A stretch of DNA of 64,000 nucleotides. It comes from a virus. The stretch spans positions 1 to 64,000 of the IMG/VR virus record IMGVR_UViG_3300008448_011250; one strand, written 5' to 3'. Position numbers and translations under genes: made by a program. The notes under the pieces are model-generated. The model was not told the origin of the DNA and ran no database searches. It saw only the letters and a list, made by a program, of their open reading frames with translations. Below, piece by piece: positions 30,265 through 40,431 of the stretch; position 1 is the first letter of the stretch; each line of letters starts with the position of its first letter.

Positions 30265-30891
30265 ATGAAAAAATTAGAAAATATACTTGCAGAAAATATG
30301 CGCCGATTTGGTACCAAGAATCTAAATGAACAAGAAGAACAAGACTTTCTTAATGTATATCTAGAAGATTTTAAAAAACAAGGTTGGACATTGGAGTCTG
30401 GAGTTGCAAAAGGTGTTGGAGGTATGACTGACGGACGGAGTACAAATACATTAACAAAAAATGATATGCAAATTATTTTTACCAGCAATGCACTAACAGG
30501 GATTAAAGTTTCTGTTAAAATATTTCCATCTGATATGGGTAGTGATAATTTGCAAAATAAAGATTTAGCAAATGCATTTAAGGCATATAATCATAAGACT
30601 CCTCCGGATATAATAAAACTTCCTCGACCACACGAATCTGGAGAATTCAAATTTTGGTATGCGACAGTAAATTATTCAACTGTTGGCAAAACAAAAGAAT
30701 CTACGCCATTTTACAAATATTATGCTGATATCATTAAACTTTCTCAAATTAGTGATAAATTTTCAGCAGTTAATAACATGAATGTAAAAGATCAATTAAA
30801 AACTGCCGGCAGCGCATTAAAAACAGGTTTTGGCCAATTGGCAGGAAAAGCAAAAGCTGCAATTGCCAAAACAAATGCAACGCCAGAATAA
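30265..30891 (+). CDS. Putative internal head protein with LAENMRRFGTKNLxE leader
   Basis: Leader shared with the 50550 ORF; late motif at 30243. Confidence 0.55.
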   Translation: MKKLENILAENMRRFGTKNLNEQEEQDFLNVYLEDFKKQGWTLESGVAKGVGGMTDGRSTNTLTKNDMQIIFTSNALTGIKVSVKIFPSDMGSDNLQNKDLANAFKAYNHKTPPDIIKLPRPHESGEFKFWYATVNYSTVGKTKESTPFYKYYADIIKLSQISDKFSAVNNMNVKDQLKTAGSALKTGFGQLAGKAKAAIAKTNATPE

Positions 30892-30995
30892 TAATTTATT
30901 CAAAAAAATTAACAATTAACTTTGATTTATCCCATTAATTATCTATATTATAATTAATATTTTATTTTATTAACCAATTAACAAAAGGAAGACTT

Positions 30996-31775
30996 ATGGC
31001 ACTTAACTTAGATGCAATTAAGGCAAAACTTAATCAGTTAAACAAAGCTGATGACAAAAAACAAAATTTGTGGAAGCCCGAAGCTGGCAAAACAAGAATT
31101 CGAATTGTACCTTACGTACACAGAAAAGACAATCCATTTCTAGAATTGTATTTCCATTACGACATTGGTAAAAGATCAATGTTATCACCAATCACATTTG
31201 GTAATGCAGATCCAATCGTTGAATTTGCAGAAAAGCTAAAAAAGACTGGCGATAAAGATGAATGGCTAATGGGCCGTAAAATTGAGCCGAAAATGAGAAC
31301 TTATGTTCCTGTAATCATTCGCGGTAAAGAATCTGAAGGAGTTAAATTTTGGGGATTTGGAAAACAAATCTATACAGAATTGTTATCAATCATTTCAGAT
31401 CCAGATTATGGTGACATTACAGATTTGATGAATGGACGCGATATTGATGTTGAATTCACACCAGCAGAAGGCGGAGCATATCCTAAGACAGCAATTCGAG
31501 TTAAGCCTAATACACAGGCAGCAACTGAAGACAAAGAAATTGCTCAAAAAATTATGAATCAACCGCAAATTACCGATTTATTTCCAGAACCAACTTATGA
31601 CGAACTAGAAAAAGCATTAGCTGAATGGATGAATCCAGAAAATGCAGATTCAGATGTTGAAGAATCAGATGAAGAAGAAGAAACAGTAGCAACAGCTCCT
31701 GCAAAAGCAGCAAAGCCAGCAGCAACTAAACAAACAGATGTAGCATCTGCATTTGATGATCTATTCAATTCTTAA
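30996..31775 (+). CDS. Single-stranded DNA-binding protein (gp32-like)
   Basis: WKP..G...IRIVP, DPI.EF, GVKFWGFGK, DYGDITD...GRD, acidic tail ending AFDDLFNS. Confidence 0.85.
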   Translation: MALNLDAIKAKLNQLNKADDKKQNLWKPEAGKTRIRIVPYVHRKDNPFLELYFHYDIGKRSMLSPITFGNADPIVEFAEKLKKTGDKDEWLMGRKIEPKMRTYVPVIIRGKESEGVKFWGFGKQIYTELLSIISDPDYGDITDLMNGRDIDVEFTPAEGGAYPKTAIRVKPNTQAATEDKEIAQKIMNQPQITDLFPEPTYDELEKALAEWMNPENADSDVEESDEEEETVATAPAKAAKPAATKQTDVASAFDDLFNS

Positions 31776-31788
31776 GAAGGAGTTATAA

Positions 31789-32949
31789 ATGGCAAAAAGT
31801 AAAAGTAAACTGGAAATCGAGGACAGCTTAGCAAACACCCTTGCAGAATCAATCAACAAACAATTCAAAGGGCAATCGTTAAAAACTGCTTTCTTTTTAG
31901 CCGGCGATGATGATTCTCCTAGCAATGTTAAAGAATGGATTTCATCTGGTTGTGATTCTTTAGATTTAGCAATATCTAATAGACCACACGGAGGTTTTCC
32001 GGTAGGAAGAATAACTGAGATAACTGGATTGGAAGCATCGGGTAAATCTTTATTAGCATCACATACCTTAGCAGAAACACAAAAGAAAGGTGGCTTAGCT
32101 GTTTATATTGATACAGAAGCTGCAACTAGTAGTGAGTTTTTAACGGCTATTGGGGTTGATTTAAAAACCATGTTGTATGTCCCATTAGAGACAGTTGAGG
32201 AAATATTCGAAACAATTGAAACTATAGTTGAACAAGTCCGAAAGTCAGACAAAGATCGTTTAGTTACAATCATTGTTGACTCAATAATGGGTGCTTCAAC
32301 TAAAATTGAAATGTCTGCCGAATATGACAAAGATGGTTATGCAACATCAAAATCAATCATTTTATCAAAGGCAATGCGTAAAGTTACCAATTGGATTGCA
32401 CGAGAAAGAATTTGTCTCATATTTACCAATCAGTTACGTACCAAAATGGGAGTGTCTTTTGGCGACCAATGGACAACTGCAGGTGGTAAGGCAATTCCAT
32501 TCCACGCATCAGTTAGACTTCGTTTGAAAAATACAGGTATGATCAAAGCTAAAATAAATGGCGTTGAACAAGTTGTAGGAAGTAAAACAGAAGTACAAGT
32601 TGTTAAGAATCGTATGGGTCCACCACACCGCAAAGTTAATTACGAAATCTATTATGATAGCGGAATTGACAATTACGGTGGTTGGTTAGAAACTATGAAA
32701 AAGTTTGATTTAGTTAAACAATCTGGAGCACATTATACATTGGAAGATGTTGATATTATAACAGGCGAAAGTTTTGGCGAAATCAAATTTCAATCAAAGA
32801 ATTTTATTGATAAGGTAATTGCATTACCAGAAGTAAAAGAACGGTTATATCAAAGAATTTGCGATGCATATATCTTCAAATACCAAGCAGGTATCGATGG
32901 CGGAATTGATGATGTAATAATCACTGATGAAGTTTATGATGAAGAATAA
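31789..32949 (+). CDS. recA: RecA/UvsX recombinase
   Basis: GRITEITGLEASGKS, YIDTE, IVDS, FTNQLR, GGKAIPFHASVRL, VVKNR. Confidence 0.93.
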   Translation: MAKSKSKLEIEDSLANTLAESINKQFKGQSLKTAFFLAGDDDSPSNVKEWISSGCDSLDLAISNRPHGGFPVGRITEITGLEASGKSLLASHTLAETQKKGGLAVYIDTEAATSSEFLTAIGVDLKTMLYVPLETVEEIFETIETIVEQVRKSDKDRLVTIIVDSIMGASTKIEMSAEYDKDGYATSKSIILSKAMRKVTNWIARERICLIFTNQLRTKMGVSFGDQWTTAGGKAIPFHASVRLRLKNTGMIKAKINGVEQVVGSKTEVQVVKNRMGPPHRKVNYEIYYDSGIDNYGGWLETMKKFDLVKQSGAHYTLEDVDIITGESFGEIKFQSKNFIDKVIALPEVKERLYQRICDAYIFKYQAGIDGGIDDVIITDEVYDEE

Positions 32950-33994
32950 GTATCAAGAATTATTCAAACAGTTACAACAAGAAAAAGGTTCAAATCCGTC
33001 TGCTCCAAATGATCATATCATGGTGGTGGACGGGTTGAACACCTTTATTCGAAGTTTTGGTGCAACGCCTGCTTATAATGAAGATGGCGACCATATTGGT
33101 GGTATTACTGGTTTTTTGTATTCAATAGGCAAAATTGTTAGAGATTTCAAACCAAGCAGATTAGTAATTGTATTTGATGGAAAAGGTGGAAATGCCCGCC
33201 GCAGAAAGATTTATGGAGATTACAAAGGTAATCGAGCTAATAAAACTAAATTGCGACGTCATGATCATCATGATTCTTCAATTGAAGATGAACAAGAATC
33301 AATGCGACATCAATTTAGCAGATTAGTTTCTTATTTGGATAATTTGCCTGTTACGTTCATAGCTATGGATGGAATTGAAGCAGATGATGCAATTGCATAT
33401 ATTGCTCAAATGTATGAAACGGAATGCAAAAAAATAACCATAGTATCCACAGATAGAGACTTTTATCAGTTAGTAGACGAACGAATTCAAGTTTGGTCTC
33501 CTATCAAAAAGAAAATGTATGACATACAAGCAGTGCACGATGAATTTGGAGTGCACCCTGCAAACATGGTTATTTATCGTACATTTACAGGCGATGCTTC
33601 AGACAACATTCCTGGGGTAAATGGAATAGGACCTAAAACTGTTTTAAAATTGATTCCAGAATTAGCAGATGCTGCCGAGTTTACAGTTGATGCATTATTT
33701 CAAAAAAGCAAAGACGCTTTAAAAGAATCTAAATCATATCAAAAGATATTGGATAATTCCAGCATCATTGAACAAAATTATCAACTCATGAATATCAAAT
33801 TGTTAGACATACCTGCACAAACAGCTAGCAAGATACGAGGCATCATGGAACAACCTATTAGCGAATTAAATCGTGCAGAGTTTCAACGTCTTTTCTATGA
33901 AGATAAGATGTGGGCAATTATGAAGAATTTACCAGAATGGTTAAACAATACTTGGTTATCTTTAAATGCTTTCGCAAAACAAACACAAAAATAA
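32936..33994 (+). CDS. 5'-3' exonuclease / RNase H (flap endonuclease family)
   Basis: VDGLN, VFDG, YKGNR, EADD, STDRDFYQL, GDASDNIPGVNGIGPKT. Confidence 0.92.
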   Translation: MMKNKYQELFKQLQQEKGSNPSAPNDHIMVVDGLNTFIRSFGATPAYNEDGDHIGGITGFLYSIGKIVRDFKPSRLVIVFDGKGGNARRRKIYGDYKGNRANKTKLRRHDHHDSSIEDEQESMRHQFSRLVSYLDNLPVTFIAMDGIEADDAIAYIAQMYETECKKITIVSTDRDFYQLVDERIQVWSPIKKKMYDIQAVHDEFGVHPANMVIYRTFTGDASDNIPGVNGIGPKTVLKLIPELADAAEFTVDALFQKSKDALKESKSYQKILDNSSIIEQNYQLMNIKLLDIPAQTASKIRGIMEQPISELNRAEFQRLFYEDKMWAIMKNLPEWLNNTWLSLNAFAKQTQK

Positions 33995-34029
33995 TTTGAA
34001 TTTAACATTGTTTTTATTATAATGGTTAT

Positions 34030-35385
34030 ATGACAGATAAATTATCGGAATACGGTTATGGATTTCAAATAAAAACTATTGCAGCATTATTTACGGATAG
34101 GTCGTTTTTGCAACAAATTGCAGATATATTACGTCCTGATTATTTTGAATCAGATGCAAATAGTTGGTTATTAGAAGTAACATTACAACATTTTCAAGAA
34201 TACAAAACACCACCGTCAAAAGATGTGCTTAAAGTAAAAATTACAGAAATTGAAAATGATATATTAAAAACTGCAGTATTAGAACAACTTAAAGAAGTTT
34301 TCCGATACATGGAGTCAGACGATTTGTCTTTTGTAAAAGATGAGATTCTTCGTTTTTGTAAGAATCAAGAAATTAAGCGTGCCATTATGGATTCAGTTGG
34401 TTTACTCAAAATGGGTAACTATGATGAAATAAAAACCAAAATTGACGGAGCAATGAAAGCTGGAGCTGATACCAATATTGGATTAGATTACAAAGCAAAT
34501 ATTTCAGCTCGATATGCAGAATCATCCCGACACACAATTACAACGGGTTGGGATGTTATTGATGACTTAATGGACGGAGGATTAGCACCGGGAGAATTAG
34601 GGGTAGTAATGGCTCCTGCAGGTATTGGTAAATCTTGGATGCTTATTAATATAGGTGCAAATGCAGTAAAAGCTGGCAAAATGGTAATACATTATACATT
34701 GGAGCTTAACGAAAACTACGTAGGGCAAAGGTATGACTCCGTTTTAACAGGTATCAATGCACAGACTCTTAAGAATCACCAAGACACTGTAGAAGAACGT
34801 ATGCGCACTCTATCCGGCAATTTGATAGTAAAATATTATCCAACCAAGTCAGTTAGCGTGTTAGGATTAAAGGCACATTTAGAAAAAACCATAATGATGG
34901 GACAGAAGCCAGATCTAGTAATAGTAGATTATGGTGACTTATTAAAAATTAATACAAAAAAGGATCGACATGAAGCACTTGAAGAACTATATGAAGAACT
35001 CCGGGGGATGGCTGGAGAATATGAAATACCTGTTTGGACTGCATCTCAAGCTGGCCGTTCGGCGTTGGAAGAAGATGTTATCGAAGCTGACAAAATAGCC
35101 GGAGCATACGGAAAAGTAATGGTTGCAGACTTTTTAATGTCGCTTTCTAGAAAAGTGGAAGATAAAATGTCAGGCACAGGTAGAGGACATGTTATTAAGA
35201 ATCGTTTCGGCCCAGATGGTATTACTTTGCCAAGTAAAATTAATACTAATAACGGACAATTTCAATTCTTCGAACCACAGACATCGCAGGGTAAACAAAC
35301 AACTCAAGTAATGAAAACAGGTGAGAACATGTTGAAGAAAAATTTAGCACAAAAGTTCAAAGATTTGGGCGGACAATTAGGATAA
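34030..35385 (+). CDS. Replicative DNA helicase (DnaB/gp41-like)
   Basis: APAGIGKS, YTLEL, IVDYGDLL, WTASQ, KNRFG. Confidence 0.92.
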   Translation: MTDKLSEYGYGFQIKTIAALFTDRSFLQQIADILRPDYFESDANSWLLEVTLQHFQEYKTPPSKDVLKVKITEIENDILKTAVLEQLKEVFRYMESDDLSFVKDEILRFCKNQEIKRAIMDSVGLLKMGNYDEIKTKIDGAMKAGADTNIGLDYKANISARYAESSRHTITTGWDVIDDLMDGGLAPGELGVVMAPAGIGKSWMLINIGANAVKAGKMVIHYTLELNENYVGQRYDSVLTGINAQTLKNHQDTVEERMRTLSGNLIVKYYPTKSVSVLGLKAHLEKTIMMGQKPDLVIVDYGDLLKINTKKDRHEALEELYEELRGMAGEYEIPVWTASQAGRSALEEDVIEADKIAGAYGKVMVADFLMSLSRKVEDKMSGTGRGHVIKNRFGPDGITLPSKINTNNGQFQFFEPQTSQGKQTTQVMKTGENMLKKNLAQKFKDLGGQLG

Positions 35386-35479
35386 AAACATATTTATATA
35401 AAATTAGGCACGGATGGAATACTCCGGCCTTTTTTTATCTAAAAAAATTAAGTTAACAAACATTCAAAGGATTTATGCA

Positions 35480-37336
35480 ATGGAGATTTCAAATCAAATT
35501 TTAAGTGAAATTACAGTGTACATGAAGTATGCTAAGTATGTTCCCGAACTCAATCGTCGAGAAACATGGGAAGAATTAGTTACAAGAAACAAAGAGATGC
35601 ATCAGAAAAAATATCCCGCATTAGTGCAGGAAATTGAAACGGCGTATCAATATGTTTACAATAAGAAAATATTACCTTCAATGCGTAGTTTGCAATTTGG
35701 AGGAAAACCAATTGAAATTTCTCCGAACCGTATTTACAATTGTGCTTATTTGCCAATTGATGATTACAGAGCATTTGGTGAGGCAATGTTTCTACTTTTA
35801 GGCGGTACAGGTGTTGGATATTCAGTTCAAACACATCATGTAGAAAAATTACCAGAGATTCGCAAACCAAATCCTAAGAAAACACGAAGATTCTTGATTG
35901 CAGATTCAATTGAAGGTTGGGCAGATGCAGTTAAAGCTCTTGTTAAATCTTATTTCGAAGGTGGCTCAACGTTTAATTTTGATTTCTCTGATATTCGTCC
36001 AAAAGGAGCAAGATTAGTAACATCAGGAGGAAAAGCTCCAGGGCCACAACCACTTAAGGAATGTTTAATTAAATTAGCAGGAATATTAGATGCAAAAGAA
36101 GATGGCGACAAATTATCAGCGATTGAAGTGCACGATATGGTATGCCACGTTGCGGATGCGGTATTGGCAGGAGGTATTAGACGTGCGGCCCTTATTAGCT
36201 TGTTTAGTGCCGATGATGAAGAAATGATTGCATGTAAATCAGGCAATTGGTGGGAAACAAATCCACAAAGAGGTCGTGCTAACAATTCAGCAACATTGAT
36301 GCGTCACAAATTAACAAAAGAATTCTTTATGGATCTTTGGAAACGTGTTGAATTGTCAGGAGCAGGAGAACCAGGAATCTATTTAACTAACGATAAAGAT
36401 TGGGGAACTAACCCATGTTGCGAAATTGCACTACGTCCTTTCCAATTCTGTAATTTATGTGAAGTAAATGCATCAGATATTGAATCACAAGAAGATTTAG
36501 AAGCACGTGTTAAGGCAGCAGCATTTATCGGAACACTTCAAGCAGGTTACACTGATTTTCATTACCTTCGTCCAATTTGGAAACGCACAACTGAAAAAGA
36601 TGCTTTAATTGGAGTATCAATGACAGGAATCGGTTCTGGCACAGTATTGGGTTATGATATGAAAGCTGCGGCAAAAGCTGTTAAAGAAGAAAATGAAAGA
36701 GTTGCAAAACTTATTGGAATTAATAAATCAGCCCGAACTACAACGGTTAAGCCAGCTGGAACAACTTCATTAGCATTAGGAACATCATCAGGTATTCACG
36801 CTTGGCACAATGATTACTATGTAAGAAGAATACGCGTTGGAAAGAATGAAGCAATTTATTCATACTTGGCAATTAATCACCCAGAGTTAGTTGAAGATGA
36901 ATATTTCCGTCCACACGATACTGCAGTTATTTCTATTCCACAAAAGTCACCGGAAGGAGCTATTCTAAGAACAGAATCACCATTTGCTTTATTGGAACGA
37001 ATTAAAAAAGTGCACTTAGAGTGGGTTAAACCGGGACATAGAAGCGGAAACAATACACACAATGTATCAGCAACAGTTTCGCTTAAAGCAGATGAATGGG
37101 AATTGGCAGGAGAATGGATGTGGACAAACAGAGATCATTATAATGGATTATCAGTTTTACCATATGATGGAGGAACTTACACTCAAGCACCATTTGAAGA
37201 TATTACTCAAGAACAATATGAATCAATGTTAAAATCATTAACGGATATTGATTTAAGTCAAGTTGTTGAATTAGATGATAACACTGACCTGTCAGGCGAA
37301 TTAGCTTGTGCAGGCGGAGCGTGCGAGATAAAGTAA
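35480..37336 (+). CDS. nrdJ: Class II (adenosylcobalamin-dependent) ribonucleotide reductase
   Basis: RRETWEE, LPSMRSLQFGG, YNCAY, GGIRRAALISL, TNPCCEI, TTVKPAGT, C-terminal ACAGGAC. No beta-subunit gene adjacent. Alternative start at 35414. Confidence 0.9.
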   Translation: MEISNQILSEITVYMKYAKYVPELNRRETWEELVTRNKEMHQKKYPALVQEIETAYQYVYNKKILPSMRSLQFGGKPIEISPNRIYNCAYLPIDDYRAFGEAMFLLLGGTGVGYSVQTHHVEKLPEIRKPNPKKTRRFLIADSIEGWADAVKALVKSYFEGGSTFNFDFSDIRPKGARLVTSGGKAPGPQPLKECLIKLAGILDAKEDGDKLSAIEVHDMVCHVADAVLAGGIRRAALISLFSADDEEMIACKSGNWWETNPQRGRANNSATLMRHKLTKEFFMDLWKRVELSGAGEPGIYLTNDKDWGTNPCCEIALRPFQFCNLCEVNASDIESQEDLEARVKAAAFIGTLQAGYTDFHYLRPIWKRTTEKDALIGVSMTGIGSGTVLGYDMKAAAKAVKEENERVAKLIGINKSARTTTVKPAGTTSLALGTSSGIHAWHNDYYVRRIRVGKNEAIYSYLAINHPELVEDEYFRPHDTAVISIPQKSPEGAILRTESPFALLERIKKVHLEWVKPGHRSGNNTHNVSATVSLKADEWELAGEWMWTNRDHYNGLSVLPYDGGTYTQAPFEDITQEQYESMLKSLTDIDLSQVVELDDNTDLSGELACAGGACEIK

Positions 37337-37551
37337 TGATACATTCGGCATCAAAAGATTGGATACAACAACTGTATGTGAAGGAGTTTGGCAACAAGCT
37401 CCTTCCTACAGACTTTTACTATGAAAATGGGTATCGAGTAATGACTGAATCATATCACAAAAGAAGAGGGACATGTTGCGGAAATGGTTGTCGACATTGT
37501 CCGTATGAACCTGCACATAAAAAAGGCAATACGACTTTGAAATCCGAATAA
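37336..37551 (+). CDS. DUF5522-like small Cys-rich protein
   Basis: DFYYENG..VMTE.YH.RRG.CCGNGCRHCPY. Confidence 0.75.
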   Translation: MIHSASKDWIQQLYVKEFGNKLLPTDFYYENGYRVMTESYHKRRGTCCGNGCRHCPYEPAHKKGNTTLKSE

Positions 37552-37581
37552 ATTTTATTATATTAGAAATAAGATTAAGTT

Positions 37582-38283
37582 ATGACAAAAGAACAAAGAA
37601 AAAATTTAGAATTAGTTAAATCTGGTTTTGCTAACGGTATTTCAACGCAACTAGCAACTAAACAAGCAATGTTCGGCCCAGATGCTGAATTAACTCAAGA
37701 AGAAAAACAAGCAATTATTGATGATGCTGCATTTTATTATGGAGAATTTCTTCGTGCATTAGGTGTAGCTTGGGAACAAGATCCTAATTCAGACAATACT
37801 CCACGCAGAGTTGCAAAGGCATACGTAAATGATTTATGGAAAGGTCGTTATGAGCCAATGTCTAATATTACTTCATTTCCAAGTGATGGTTATGATGGTA
37901 TTGTGTTTGAAGGCGGTATTCCATTAACATCAATGTGTAGTCATCACCACCAGACAATTGAAGGATTAGTTCATATTGCATATATTCCGGCAGAGAATGG
38001 TAATGTAGTAGGTTTAAGTAAATTGAATAGAGTTGTAGAACACTTTGGTAGAAGAGGTGCAATTCAAGAACAATTGACAGTAGCAATTCAACACGCAGTT
38101 GACGAACTAATTACTGACAATAAAGGAGTAGCAGTTATGATTGAAGCAACTCATAATTGTGTATCATGTAGAGGTGTTAAGCATCGTGGTGCTTCAATGA
38201 AGACAGCAAAATTATCTGGAGCATTCTTGGAAGATGGCAATGCGAGATCAGAATTTTATCAATTCGTAAAAGGTTATAATTAA
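37582..38283 (+). CDS. folE: GTP cyclohydrolase I
   Basis: TPRRVAKAY, SMCSHH, GLSKLNR, IQEQLT, HNCVSCRGV. Confidence 0.95.
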   Translation: MTKEQRKNLELVKSGFANGISTQLATKQAMFGPDAELTQEEKQAIIDDAAFYYGEFLRALGVAWEQDPNSDNTPRRVAKAYVNDLWKGRYEPMSNITSFPSDGYDGIVFEGGIPLTSMCSHHHQTIEGLVHIAYIPAENGNVVGLSKLNRVVEHFGRRGAIQEQLTVAIQHAVDELITDNKGVAVMIEATHNCVSCRGVKHRGASMKTAKLSGAFLEDGNARSEFYQFVKGYN

Positions 38284-38885
38284 TGGCTGATTGGGACGCA
38301 TTGAATGCAGAATTAGATACTGCATTAGATTCAATGACTCATGAAGATTGGTTACAATGGAAAAATATGTCTATTATAGATTGGGAATTACACCAAAAAC
38401 TTATGCAAAAGAAAAGTAAAATGAAAAAGTTTAAGTCAACAAAATTATTTGATGGTTATTCTGCTTGTTTTAGACAATGGCGAGCAGAAGATACGCATTG
38501 CAAATTCTTACATGGGTATGCAGTATCATTTCGAGTATGGTTCGAAGGTGATTTAGATCATCGCAATTGGGTATTTGATTTCGGAGGAATGAAACGTGCA
38601 AAAACGCAAATTGCAGGTATGTCTCCGAAAGATTACTTTGCGTGGCTATTAGATCACACTACGATTGTATCTGTCGATGATCCATACTTAAAGACATTCG
38701 AACAAATGCATGAAGATGGTATTATCCAATTGCGAATATTAGCAAACGTTGGTTGCGAAAAGTTTGCAGAACATTTATACAATGTAATCAATATATTCTT
38801 ATTACAAGAAACCGAAGGTAGAGTTAAGGCAACAAAAGTAGAAGTATATGAACACGAAAGAAATTCGGCAAGTTATGGAGAATAA
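38283..38885 (+). CDS. queD: 6-carboxytetrahydropterin synthase (core probably starts at 38421)
   Basis: HCKFLHGY, WVFDFG, LDHT, GCEKFAE, VEVYEH..NSA.Y. Confidence 0.88.
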   Translation: MADWDALNAELDTALDSMTHEDWLQWKNMSIIDWELHQKLMQKKSKMKKFKSTKLFDGYSACFRQWRAEDTHCKFLHGYAVSFRVWFEGDLDHRNWVFDFGGMKRAKTQIAGMSPKDYFAWLLDHTTIVSVDDPYLKTFEQMHEDGIIQLRILANVGCEKFAEHLYNVINIFLLQETEGRVKATKVEVYEHERNSASYGE

Positions 38886-38994
38886 AAAGAGAAATATAAT
38901 AAATATTGATTTAAGTGGTTGTAAAAACATGAAGGAATGTGCTAAAGCAATTGATATGATCTTATCTGGTAAAATTAAAATTACAATACAATAG
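38875..38994 (+). CDS. Small hypothetical protein (39 aa, not in the ORF track)
   Basis: ATG 38875 to TAG 38994 fills the gap between queD and the 39000 ORF. Confidence 0.45.
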   Translation: MENKKRNIINIDLSGCKNMKECAKAIDMILSGKIKITIQ

Positions 38995-38999
38995 ACAAA

Positions 39000-39380
39000 A
39001 TGAAAAATAATGAAGAGATATATGTATCACTTTATGAGTATTTAGGTAAAGGTTCTGGTGGTACTAATATTGGTCGAGAAGTAACGGCAGAAGCTGTTAA
39101 ACAAGGCGTTGATATCAAATGGAGAACTCTACCTAAAGAAGCACAACGTCCGGAATATACTCAAGTACAAATATATCCAATATCATTTTTGGATTCATAT
39201 TTTGCTAATGATCCGACTGTAGGTAATGTTGAAATAGATCGAACTCCATTAGTACGTCGTTCCGAATTGCTTAAATTGCAGCAACGACTACAAGAACTTG
39301 AGGCTAAATTTGACGCCGTAATTAAAAAATTAGATGTACCAACAACCAAATTAGAAGATGACTATGACCTCCCATTCTAA
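39000..39380 (+). CDS. Hypothetical protein with acidic DDYDLPF tail
   Basis: ORF in the operon; coiled-coil segment followed by EDDYDLPF. Confidence 0.65.
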   Translation: MKNNEEIYVSLYEYLGKGSGGTNIGREVTAEAVKQGVDIKWRTLPKEAQRPEYTQVQIYPISFLDSYFANDPTVGNVEIDRTPLVRRSELLKLQQRLQELEAKFDAVIKKLDVPTTKLEDDYDLPF

Positions 39381-40146
39381 AAGAATTACAGATTACAACA
39401 AAACATTGCCCATAGTAGAATTGTATAGATGTGTACAATCAGAAGGCTCTCGCTTTGGCAGACCTACTATTGCAGTTAGAACTACGGGTTGCACTCATCG
39501 ATGCTATTTTGGCGAAGGTGGTTGGTGCGATTCTTGGTATACTAGTATTCACCCGGAGAAAGGCACATTTACTTTCAATGACATCATAAAGATATATGAC
39601 GAAAATCCGCATATCAAAGAAATGATGTTAACTGGAGGTTCTCCAACAATGCATCCAGCATTGGTAAATGAATTGACACACTTTGCACATGAAAGAGACA
39701 TTCTTATCACTATTGAAACTGAAGGCTCACATTTTATTGCTACTGATTATCCTATCGGCTTATTATCTATTAGCCCTAAGTTTAATAATAGTGTACCCGT
39801 TGTGGGCGTTGCTACGCCGCAGGGCACTATCACGGATTCAAAGATGGTATCCCAACATAACAAGTTTAGATTGAATTACACAGCAATCAATGAAATGATA
39901 TCATATCATACAGATTATCATTATAAGCCAGTATGGGATGGTACAGAAGAAAATTTGCGAGAAATTGAAGAAGCTCGCATATTCCTAGATATTCCAAAGG
40001 AAAAAACATACATTATGCCAGCAGGAGATACCAGAGAAGAATTAATTAAAATGTATCCCGTAGTATTTGAAATGTGTGCCGAACATGGATATAACATGAC
40101 AGGTAGAGACCATATTATTGCATATGATACTAAAAGAGGCGTGTAA
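39358..40146 (+). CDS. queE: 7-carboxy-7-deazaguanine synthase (radical SAM)
   Basis: VQSEG...G.P...VRTTGC..RC.......CDS, LTGG.P, IETEGS, SISPK, R.HI. Confidence 0.9.
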   Translation: MTMTSHSKRITDYNKTLPIVELYRCVQSEGSRFGRPTIAVRTTGCTHRCYFGEGGWCDSWYTSIHPEKGTFTFNDIIKIYDENPHIKEMMLTGGSPTMHPALVNELTHFAHERDILITIETEGSHFIATDYPIGLLSISPKFNNSVPVVGVATPQGTITDSKMVSQHNKFRLNYTAINEMISYHTDYHYKPVWDGTEENLREIEEARIFLDIPKEKTYIMPAGDTREELIKMYPVVFEMCAEHGYNMTGRDHIIAYDTKRGV

Positions 40147-40172
40147 ACTAACAACTTAAAATAAAGGAAAAA

Positions 40173-40379
40173 ATGGAAGAACAAATAAAACCATTAGAAG
40201 AACAAAATCTTAAGATTAGAATTCAAATTTTAGATGTTGAAGATAATGTACTTATATCATCGGTAATAAGTCAAATGATGGTACATAATTTAAACGTTTA
40301 TCATGGCGTCAGTGGGGTAGATCAAGCATACAATTTATTATTAGATGAATTATCCAAAAAACAGTCTATAGAAAAATGA
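40173..40379 (+). CDS. Hypothetical protein
   Basis: AAGGA RBS, 68 aa. Confidence 0.6.
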   Translation: MEEQIKPLEEQNLKIRIQILDVEDNVLISSVISQMMVHNLNVYHGVSGVDQAYNLLLDELSKKQSIEK

Positions 40380-40431
40380 ATTGGACAATAACAACAACGT
40401 TTGGAGACGTTAAAATAATTTACGAGATAAA

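Noticed and set aside
35386-35479. Cobalamin riboswitch upstream of the B12-dependent RNR
   Set aside because: Only about 95 nt, AT-rich, with no recognisable B12-box.
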